NCBI GenBank assembly: GCA_951406725.2
Contig: OX597818.1
Location: 119,040,001-119,104,000, forward strand
Length of the DNA: 64,000 bases
From: Octopus vulgaris
Lineage: Eukaryota
Direction of reading: 5' to 3'
In this document: in pieces, positions 52,909 through 64,000 of the stretch
How positions within the stretch are numbered: the stretch's first letter is position 1
How the letters are laid out: every line of letters begins with the position of its first letter
Translations under genes and position numbers: made by a program
Notes under the pieces: model-generated
Seen by the model: only the letters and a program-made list of their open reading frames with translations
What the model was told of the DNA's origin: nothing
Database searches by the model: none

Positions 52909-55217
52909 GATCAATTTTGGAGTGCACAAAAGAGTTTTATGCATAAAATGACCATTGTAATGTAAATGCTGTCAGCTTCTCCTATATATGTATTTATAAA
53001 AAAAAAACTAGGCCAATAGCCAATATAGGTGTAACCTGCAACTCCAACAGTTGCACTTGTGCACATATATTCACATATACACTTTTGTCCGTGTAAGTGC
53101 ACACGTATTTGTGTCTGTAGTAGCAAAAATGTATGTCACAAGTACATACATTTCTGTTTTTTATGTATAACGTGTGTGAGTGGGTGTCCACGTGTGTTGT
53201 GAAGTTTCATGTCACGTATTTAGTATTTTTCGCTCTGTGTGGTGGTGGTAGTGGGGGTGATGTGTGTATGAAAATATTTTCGAAAAGAAGGCCATGTATA
53301 TCTTGTGACTGGTAATTTTCCCAACTTGCTTACCGTTCCTTGCACAGAACAGAAGGCGGCGCCCTACTCCATTCGATTATATAGATCACCTGCCCATAAA
53401 CGCTTATGAATTATGTTAGCACCATAAGAAATATCCTAATTTTGATACATACGCTTCTTAGATCTCTTTAAAGGCTATTCACTGCGGATGTAACTGCGTT
53501 TGATATAGCATCAGGAAATGCTAGTCGGTGGAACCGTGACGTATCTTCGCATACTAGTAGAATACAAAGATTGCGTTTGTAGTCATAGTTTTATTTGACT
53601 CCTCTTTGGTTGCAAAATATTCAAATATATTTCATTCCACGAGATTTATACTGCTGTGTGTATAAATAGCAAGACCGTCAAAAGTACTCATATACGAATA
53701 ATGATATCCACTACGATGTTGTGTAATTCAGGATTGTTTTATAAGCAACTGTTGTATGCTTATGATTGTTACATCTTCTCCGAGGAGCGAGTGACAAAAA
53801 TTAAACGGTCCGTCAAGAGACTTTTCTTCTTACACATGATTAGTGTAGAAACATGCTTACTTTCTAGTTCTTATTTAAACCTGGGAAAAACTTTGTAATA
53901 TTCAATTTAGCTTCAATTCTTTTAATTAAAGCTATGTTATATATGCGTGTTGGGGTGTGTGTATATGTCACATATCTTGCGTTGCGTGTTTATATGCCAC
54001 ATGCAAACGTGTGTATGTGTTTATATGTGTGCATTTCGCAATCGTTTGATATTATCTCTCAGTCAATATTATAATGTTTATGTCACCCACCACCACAACC
54101 ACAATTTTATTCTAGCTATCAGGACTGTTTTCAACATTATGAAAATCATTTACTTTTTAAAACACGTATTACCAAACTTTTTAATCTACAAAACAATTTC
54201 TTAGACACTTTATTCATTTTTATCATAAACCTTCCTCCTTTTTCTCACAATATCTTTTCAAAATATCCAAATATTGTCCACTGAAAGTCGCGTACAAATT
54301 CTTTCAATGGCAGTTTACCCGTCGCAAATTATTACTTTGCTTACGTTGTTTAATAGTTATTGTTCAGATTTTCTCATTAAGTCGCTAAATAATTATATTT
54401 AGCAAACTTCTTTTGGAAACAGTCTAGACCTATTTTTTGTTTATATTCAGTTTCATTCACTTCTCTTATTTTATGTTTTTGACTTGAGAAATTTGAAATT
54501 TAAAATGTAACCGGCGGTAAGTGGAATTAGTAGGGTGCATGGCAAGACAGCTCTGCTGTATTTTTTATTTCAAATCTTACCGATTCTACCTGACATGTTA
54601 ACATTCCTTCTGCGATCAATGAACTGTATGTCGTGATTGGAATATCGGAAATCATCTTAAATTAACACTCAATGCTTTTTGACAAATCAGCTATGTAAGT
54701 AACTAATAACAAAAATATTAATATAAAGTAGCTAATAACAAAAATATTAAATGAGAAATTGTGTGTTGAAGCATAAATCTAAAATTTGTCTTACACTGGT
54801 TACTATCAAGACAGTTACTTTTAATTAAATGACGAATACATTTTTCAAACCAAACGAAGTTCGAATTATACGCTGTTTTAAGAAATGCACTGACAAAATC
54901 CCGGATTCAGAAATTAAGAAAGCGACCGTGTATTTCATTGGTCGAGAGGTCGATGTATTTTATTGCCATTATAAAAATTGTGGAGTAATGGGGATTCGAA
55001 AACTAGAATCGATATGTCCTTTGCATTTTTCCAAAAATATTTCTCCATATATTTCATTGTAATTACTATGGTGAGGCCGACTGTAATGTGTCTTGTAACT
55101 GAAATGCTGATAAAACTGCAGATTCTTAATGTGTCCTGAATTAAAAAGTCTCTTCTTTTATACGTCTCTCTATATATATCTACATCTACAGCTATATATA
55201 TATATATATGTATATGT

Positions 55218-55377
55218 AGGTCCCGGGTTGAGTCGGGGTTAACCACAGTAAATAAGGTACTCAATACATGGCAGAGTAAATTAATTTATTTTATAGAAGG
55301 AGCTTCTACAGGACTAGAACTGTTTCATTTGAATGAAACAGTTCTAGTCCTGTAGAAGCTCCTTCTATAAAATAAAT
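55218..55377 (-). mobile_element. Hairpin element P4: perfect 46-bp arms, 2-nt loop, ~65-bp tail, in (TA)n
   Basis: 55284-55329 is the exact reverse complement of 55332-55377. Confidence 0.85.
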
Positions 55378-56355
55378 AAATATATATATATATATATATA
55401 TACACATCTACATCTATATATATATCTATACGTGTCTATATATATCTATATCTACGTCTCGATATAAGCATGTGGGTTTTAGCAACATTAGGTTCCAATT
55501 TATTTTACGTTCCTAGGTGACTTACATTTTGCTTTCATCTAGATATACTTGTAGATTATTGTAAACCGAAAGATCGTAGCTGAATATCGAAACAGCATTA
55601 TCAATGTATATCATTATGTGTTACGAAACATCCACGAAATTGACCTTTACTTACAGATATTCCCAAATTAATATATATACTTACGCTAGAAATATAAATA
55701 TGATATTTTTTGCTTTTCAGTGAAGCATGAATAGATAAATATGAGTTCAGAGTATATTCAGCGATTGCTTAAACTCATACTCAAATATGTATAAACTGCC
55801 GACATCTTTTGGTTATTTTCATTAGTTGTATTAAAAAATAACATGCGTTAAGCATTAAACTATGAATGTTAGACAAACACACAAATAAATATTAACAAGC
55901 TTAACTTTCACCGAAATAATTCATAAACTATACAACGCAAAAAAAAACAACAACATATTTATTCAGCACACAAGCGTAAGTTACAATTTCTATATAACTC
56001 GAAATACAGCCTCGGTTAATTTAGCATAAAATACAAGAATCTTCAGAAGATTGGATTTACGAGGAGATAAGACTGATAGTCGAGAAATGAAGCGACGCTA
56101 TGTGCCTCATTAAGCAAAAAATTTATTAAAGTAGGTATAACCACTTGGATGCACTACAACAAGTGTGAAAGGAGGTCGATATTAGAAAAGAATAAAAACA
56201 TAGCGATATTTCCTTCACAAAGAACATAGACGATTGAAGATTCTGTCTTTTGGTTTGCTTGTCTGATTGCCTGTCTATCTATCTCTCCTCCTTCGCTCTT
56301 TCAGTCTACTTATATGTATATATATGTGTGTGACTGTATGTGTATGTGACTGTGT

Positions 56356-56386
<31 letters not shown>

Positions 56387-56392
56387 CACACA

Positions 56393-56423
<31 letters not shown>

Positions 56424-56426
<3 letters not shown>

Positions 56427-56572
56427 CATTGCTGTGTGGTAAGAAGCTTGCTTGACAACCACGTGGTTCCGGGTTCAGTCCCACTACATGGCACCTTGTG
56501 CCAGTGTCTTCTACTTGACGACAAGATCCATCTGAGTGGATTTGGTAGATGGAGATTGGAAGAAGAGCGTCG

Positions 56573-56575
<3 letters not shown>
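56424..56575 (+). mobile_element. SINE family B, 5' half
   Basis: gctgtgtggtaagaagcttgcttgacaaccacgtggttccgggttcagtccc...ggatttggtagatgg. Confidence 0.85.
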
Positions 56576-56637
<62 letters not shown>

Positions 56638-57818
56638 TAAGTGAGAGAGAGAGAGAAAGAGAGAGCGAGAGAGAGAGAGAGAGAGAGAGAAAGATTGTGA
56701 GAGGTAATGGTGTCAATAAGACCCAAAGGTGTCAGGTAATGCTAAGCAAGTGCTATGGTCAGACCATAGTTAAGCTCCAGGTTCGGTGATTATGCGAATT
56801 AGTAGTCCAACGTAGGTCATATATCAGCATGTGTATATATACATTTTTTTTTTTTCAAAATGAGATTAAAAAAAACCCAAGGCTGTGAAGAATTTGTTTA
56901 ATATGCAAATTGTTCTATCCAGTAGTATTACACCGTTAACCGTTATGGGTATTTAAGTAATACGTTCGTGGATAGCTGATGGGTCGAATTTGGTGGTGAT
57001 GAAAGAGTAACACCTCATGTGATATGATTTCTATCTTCGATCGCGTTGTTTTGATAATCGTATTCGTATAAGCAACGTCGTAACATAGAGTGCCAGTCCT
57101 CAATCGTATAGATAATCTGTAGTGGTAAAGATTAAAATGAGAACATCGCCACAGTTATGGCGAAAGTAACACACAATATTGTCTTGTAAGCCTTTAGTAT
57201 ACTTCATGTACATCAAAAAGTTGTTTTGACAGCTTTGGTGCATATCAAAAATCCCATATAGATCATATGAAATATTCAGTAATAATACCAATCCTAATTA
57301 ATCTAATAATGCTTTTAGACTCGGTGTGAAAATTATTGTAGGAATTTGAAGTCTCCCAAGGAAAATAAATTTATAAATATGATATACGATTTATCAAATA
57401 AGACAACTATTAGTACGAAATTGAATCGAAAAGAAAATGTGACCAGTTATCTCACCTACATCTCGTGAAAATATTCGCTTAATATAATAACCGTAGCATA
57501 TGAAAATTAAAGAAGTTAAACAATGTTTTGGTAATTTACTGCATCTAAAGAAGAACCACGTAATTTTGTGTTGTTACTGTATTAATGCCAACTAATTCAT
57601 ATTCACATCAATCAATCATTGTATACCCACATATTTATGTGTTCAAAATCATTGTTCAATCATATAATTAGAGATATATGTATGTATGTATGTATGTATT
57701 TGTGCGCGCGTGTTGGTATATATATATGTGTGTGTGTGCGTGTGTGTGCGTGTGTGTGTGTACATATATATGTATGTATGCAAGTAAGTCTGTCTGTCTA
57801 TCTATCTATCTATCAACC

Positions 57819-57924
<106 letters not shown>

Positions 57925-59385
57925 CTAAAAGTATTTAGGCTTTCGTTATCAGTACATCAACTTAACGAAATGTTCATGCATATGAAAAATATTTTTTAGG
58001 TATCTATCTTAAAATTATCACACTTACATACTGATTCATTAAATATTCTGCTGAATCTACATTCTTTTATTTCTTCTGACATAACCGATGATTAGAAAGA
58101 TGTTTATTAAATATAGTATTTAATTCTTAACAAAAGGTTGTAACTTCGTTATCTTTCAACCAACGCTTTTACTTTATAATCACATGCCTACACTCACTTG
58201 ATCCTATCCAGTCGTGGGTCTTTTTACGTAAGACGAATTACGAAATCCGACCGAAAATAATGCATATAGAAATATGGAATATCTTTAATCTAAAGAATTG
58301 TTCAATAGTCGGTAATATTACCGTAATGTTAATTATATTTATCATTTTATAAATCCCAAAGCATCGCTTTACGGAGTATGGAGTAAATCTAAAATATTTT
58401 GAGATTCGTAAAATTTTGTTTGTAAAATTTTCTTGGACGTGAGTAAATAACTGTCTTAAGATATTCTACAATTGTATGACTAATATTGTATTTCTATTAC
58501 ACATTAGAACATTAATATTCCTTTAGTAACTATTATCCAATTCCTGCAGAGACTTTATAACTGCCGTATGTGAATTTACTGTAACGATGGATGCTCTGGC
58601 AACATAATTTAATAATTGTCAAATATGCAACTCATCTACTGCAGTACATCTCTCCGAGGAAAGCCCTAAATGATGATTTGACCAGCTAGAAATTACAGAC
58701 AATTCGAATTCAAATCATACTCTTCCAACATGGGAACGGAACGAACCTAGTGAAAATTGTAGCCCAAGATTTATTTCTAATTAAGAGAGACGCTCATAAC
58801 TTGAATAAATATAAATCTGCTCAATAACAAATTACATGGGATTAAACAATAATAATAAGTGGACATGTCGCCGGCTAGAAATAGTAAGCAAATGTCATTC
58901 GAATCGCTAAAAATAATAGACAAATACACACTGGAAATAGTAATGGAAAGTCACTCAAACTAGACAGTGTAGAACATTCTAAAAATGAGAGAATGAATTG
59001 ATAACACTAGCTATATGTAATAGATGAATATGTATGTGGTATCATGTTCATAAAGTAGTATAGTACATGCTCAGCTGAGAGCAGATAATACAAATAAAAA
59101 CCACAAAAACTATATTTCCCCATTTTTCAATGTGGTAAAAGCAAAGGCGTTTTAGTAACTGAGTTCCATGTCTTAATGAACATGTGAATTAAGAAAAGAG
59201 AGAGAGAGAGAGCCGTAAATGGGAGATAGTTAGCTGCATGATATAATAGAAGTAGTGTTCATATCTGAATAACATTTTATAATTTCTGTGTAATTGTTAG
59301 GCCTTGGTGTAAAAGTAGAAAAGGGAAATGTCCCTACTTGGCTGGAAATATACTCAAGCACTCGCATCAAAATAACTCAGCTAAG

Positions 59386-59417
<32 letters not shown>

Positions 59418-59560
59418 TGATAGAGATGGCAAGACAACAAAGGAATGAAAGAGACCTCGATATTATGTAAATATAATTTATCTGTTAAATATTATATGTG
59501 ACAATTATTCGGTAGCCATGATAAAAGTCCGAGTTTCATATGTTGGGGTGGAAACAACAG
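59418..59560 (-). mobile_element. Family P5 copy, inverted relative to 60473-60672
   Basis: tgatagagatggcaagacaacaaa.gaatgaaagagac...atatgtgacaattattcggtagccatgataaaagtc matches the reverse complement of 60560-60672. Confidence 0.8.
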
Positions 59561-59839
59561 ATCACAAGCAGGAAAAATAACGCATTCAAGACCGCTAGAG
59601 CGTGGGTTCGTTTCCCGAACCGGACGGCTCGTTATACTTTTCAGCAACCACTTCAATTCATGTTGCTCTGAGGTCACTCGACATTTAACATGTACTACAC
59701 TTGTGCTAGCAATGTCGAGTTCCTGGAGAGAGTGAGGTAATATACAGCACATATATAACCACTATAAACAAATCAGTTGTTCAGCAAAAACTGAATTCTC
59801 ATATGTCATCTTCGAGATATGTTAAATTGAATGATATTT

Positions 59840-59963
59840 CTTATTTCTTTTCTGCCCACAAGGGGCTACACATAGAGGGGATAAACAAAGACAGACAAAC
59901 GGATTAAGTCGATTATATCGACCCCAGTGCGAAGTGGTACTTAATTCATCGACACCGAAAGGA
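59840..59963 (-). mobile_element. SINE family C, 3' fragment
   Basis: cccacaaggggcta...gacagacaaacggattaagtcgattatatcgaccccagtgcg. Confidence 0.85.
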
Positions 59964-60165
59964 TATATATATACATCTTATTCTATGAGAATATTATGTG
60001 CTGAATTTACAGTGAGTGCTCTTTTGCATCAAAGTACTAATATTATTAACCTATTTATACATTTAATACGAGCGATTATATATAATATATAGCTAATAAT
60101 ATCAGGAAACTAATATTAGAAAATTATTCAGAAAGATATGCAAATATGTAGAATAATTATTGCAT

Positions 60166-60242
<77 letters not shown>

Positions 60243-60429
60243 ATTTACATATATTTATATATATTTATATTTTTAATAAAATAATTATTCTACATATGTA
60301 CATATCTTTTGGATGAATTTTCTGATATTAATTTCCCGATTTTATTAACAATATGTGATATATGATATATACCTACATATATATATATATATATATATAT
60401 ACCTACAGACACACACACACACACACACA

Positions 60430-60472
<43 letters not shown>

Positions 60473-60473
<1 letters not shown>

Positions 60474-60672
60474 TGTGTGACAATTATTCAGTAGTCATGA
60501 TAGAACTCGAGGCGATAATTGAAGAGATACCGGCGTGGGTTTCCGACCCGACATCCGAAACTCTGACTTTTATCATGGCTACCGAATAATTGTCACATAT
60601 TATATTATACTGATAAATTCCTCTATTTATCGACGTCTCTTTCATTCTTTTGTTGTCTTGCCATCTCTATCA
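60473..60672 (+). mobile_element. Hairpin element P5 (~28-bp inverted arms, ~65-nt spacer, ~70-bp tail)
   Basis: tgtgacaattattcagtagtcatgata ... tatcatggctaccgaataattgtcaca, between microsatellites. Confidence 0.75.
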
Positions 60673-60676
60673 ACAT

Positions 60677-60746
<70 letters not shown>

Positions 60747-61586
60747 ATATTCAACGTAGCAGAGTTATTTTATTTTGATGCGAGTGCTTGAGTATATTTC
60801 CAGCCAAGTAGAGAGATTTCCCTTTTTTACTTTTACATCAATGCCAAGCGTTTAAACAGGTCCTCTTGACAAATATATCTAAATATGTGTCACATTAGCA
60901 CATATTTCGTCATGTTATTTTTAGGCATATTCCGATATCTATAATTTGTCTTTCTTTAATGTTGTGTTGTATAGTGTGTCGTGTCTTAAGATTTATTGAG
61001 GAACAAGTCGAATAGGAAGTATATGCATGCATTTATGCTTATGTGTGTGTGCGCGTGGGACTCTGTGTGTGACGTGTGTATATGCATGTATGTTTGTGTG
61101 AGTGAATAGACATGTAAATCTATGCATACATATCTATATACACACATATTTTGTTCGGCAAACAAATATAAAGCAACACATTGTATATGTGTATTGAATC
61201 TTACTGCAAAAAACTTAGTCATTGTAGTTTTAGATACACACACACACGTATACATACACACACACGCACATACACACGCACGTACACACGCTTATAAGTA
61301 GAAATATGAATAGCTACAGATATATATATATGCCATTTATGTGTTTATGAATATACACGCATACGATATAGATATCTGTGTTCGTTGGAATATTGGTGCG
61401 TATGTAAAAATCTTCAAAGATTCAGTTTGCTATGTATAAGTAAGGTTAAAAGAAATTAGGACAATTTATTAGCCAATCGACGAAAAAAATGTGGACAACA
61501 AGGGAAAATACACACATCTCTCACTCTCACTCTCTCTGTATATATATATATATATATATCTCCTTATTTACCTAAACTCATATATG

Positions 61587-61626
<40 letters not shown>

Positions 61627-61719
61627 TGTGTTTGTATAGATATTTATATATGTATATATATTTATTTATATATGCATATATATGTATGCATGTATATATA
61701 TATGCATATATATATATTG

Positions 61720-61948
<229 letters not shown>

Positions 61949-62669
61949 GTCAAAATTTTGGGTGAACCCCGATTGAATACGATATCCTGTTATTTAAAAT
62001 AAAAAATGTTTTAATACGTATATATAAATATATGTGTGTGTAAATATATACATATTCATACATACACACGCACACACACAGACATGCATATATATATATA
62101 TACGCACACACATATTTATATATATATATGTATATGCATATGTACATAAAACAAACTAAAAACTGTATTTTGTCTTTAAATAATAACAGGATATTTCATT
62201 CCATTCTATGTTCAGAAAAAAATTTTACATGAAAAGTTTAGTTTCCATCTCTACTGGGACAGGGCAAAATATACATAAATTTAGAAAGGGAAAGTAATTC
62301 TCGTACTTTTTTTATTGCAAAAGACATACAATTGAATTAGATAAATGAAAGAAAATATGATTCTTAACAAAACAATAAATAACCCTGTTTGTTATTTTGT
62401 TATCTTCATTATATTCTAAATTTCTTGAATTGTAAATTTTTTCCTCTTATTTTTTCCTCTTGATTTGTTTATATTTCTTTGAATATTTTCTCTGTTCATT
62501 ATTTAGCATTTTTAGTTTTTGTTGCTCTCTTCTACATACTTCTTTTAAATGATCGATGCTATAGGACTCAAAAATCTATGAATATATTTATACAAATAAA
62601 AGTACATATATGTGCATGTGTGTGTGTATAAGCGTAGGAGTGGGCTCGGAAATTATGTATCTAAATACT

Positions 62670-62757
<88 letters not shown>

Positions 62758-62765
62758 TATATATA

Positions 62766-62940
62766 TGGCGGTTTTTTTGACTTTTTATTAAAATTTTATG
62801 TATTGATTAAGTCTTTCCTTGTTTGTTTTGCAAAATAGTGGTTTTGTCTCTAATAATATTATATAATATTTTACTATAAAATTGGATTTAATCCTAAATC
62901 TGATTTTTTCCCTGTAAATTTGGATTTATTCCCTAATATT

Positions 62941-62946
<6 letters not shown>
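62766..62946 (+). mobile_element. Monomeric P1 copy (no inverted arm)
   Basis: Near-identical to 51725-51905; flanked by (TA)n on both sides. Confidence 0.92.
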
Positions 62947-62997
<51 letters not shown>

Positions 62998-63337
62998 AAC
63001 GATATTTTATTCCATTCCATGTGCCAAAATTCGAAATCAATGTAGGATAGAATAATGGGCGAAGATGAGGTAAAAGAACAAGAAACCAATTAACCAAATT
63101 ATATATTATAATCTACGTTGTACACTACCGGCTCACAGTACACGTTATAATTTTCTATTGATTTTAATGACTTTTATGTACTCTTCAACTCATTTTACTA
63201 TTTCTTTACTTAGACCGTATGTATACACTATATTGTACAAATTTTAAATAGCATCCTTAGTTTTATACAAGGTCTTTCTTTGAAATTACAAGGGCTAACT
63301 TAGAAGCCACAAAGTAACGTTACTTATTACTAATAAT

Positions 63338-63461
63338 AACACCGACTATCACCAACCAGGTATAACTCCTTCAGCCAACACCGACTATCACCCACCAGGT
63401 ATAACTCCTTCAGCCAACACCGACTATCAGCCACTAGGTATAACTCCTTCAGCCAACACCG
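63338..63461. repeat. 39-bp minisatellite x3.2
   Basis: Unit aacaccgactatcacc(a/c)accaggtataactccttcagcc at 63338, 63377 and 63416. Confidence 0.95.
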
Positions 63462-64000
63462 CCAGTCAAATAGTCACTGTCCCCACTTACTGCCACATGC
63501 AGCCAAGTGAAGGACTCTACTAACACGTGGAAATATACAAGTCACTAAAATAAAAGCCTTCAGATTTAACGAACTCTTTTCTCTTTCGTTTTTTTTTCCT
63601 TCTTTGCTTTTCTTTTCCCTCTAATCATTCTGAAGGTGTTTATTAAATGTAACGAGGTAAATGTAAATATACTCCAATTTGATAAGCAGAACCAGCAGTA
63701 AAATGTTCTAAATTCAAATAAATAATGACTTTTTAATACCAATGATCAACTTCTCATTGTTAATTATTGCTCCATTTCTTATATTCTTTCTATATATTAA
63801 ACCGCGGTTTTACCTTTATATTACCTACTATTGTATTCCTTATAGCTAGGACGATACATAGTGAAGTAATAAACCAGGAGTGCCTACAGGTACATCAATC
63901 CCTTAGATGGTTGCATTACCTCTAATTTATATCTTGCTTTATATATATTAATATCTACAATTCTTATTCTAAATCATATATATTTCATAATAATTATATT

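Noticed and set aside
54697-54752. 29-bp direct duplication (aagta.ctaataacaaaaatattaa)
   Set aside because: Ordinary slippage duplication in AT-rich DNA.
63338-63461. CRISPR-like appearance of 39-bp repeats
   Set aside because: Units are contiguous with no unique spacers; eukaryotic context and no cas genes.

Overview
This is AT-rich eukaryotic non-coding DNA (intronic or intergenic), full of (TA)n, (CA)n, (GATA)n and (AAT)n microsatellites. The repeat content suggests an octopus or other cephalopod genome; this is inferred from recall, not from a database search. No intact host protein-coding gene is supported: nearly all listed ORFs are microsatellite read-through or SINE sequence. The window holds many copies of three tRNA-derived SINE families (one with a CORE-like box, one with a Meta-like domain). 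It also holds decayed Tx1-, CR1-like and probably RTE LINE fragments, an internally deleted mariner, a Chapaev3-like transposase remnant and a non-autonomous Helitron. The most notable signal is at least five sequence-unrelated short non-coding elements, mostly inside (TA)n tracts. They share one layout: an inverted repeat (hairpin) plus a one-sided tail, and several carry minimal type-I hammerhead ribozyme motifs, like Penelope-like element pseudo-LTRs. One monomeric copy starts 1-2 nt from the predicted self-cleavage site. A covarying 3' stem-loop also links one SINE family to a CR1-like LINE. All coordinates were read by eye and may be off by a few bases.
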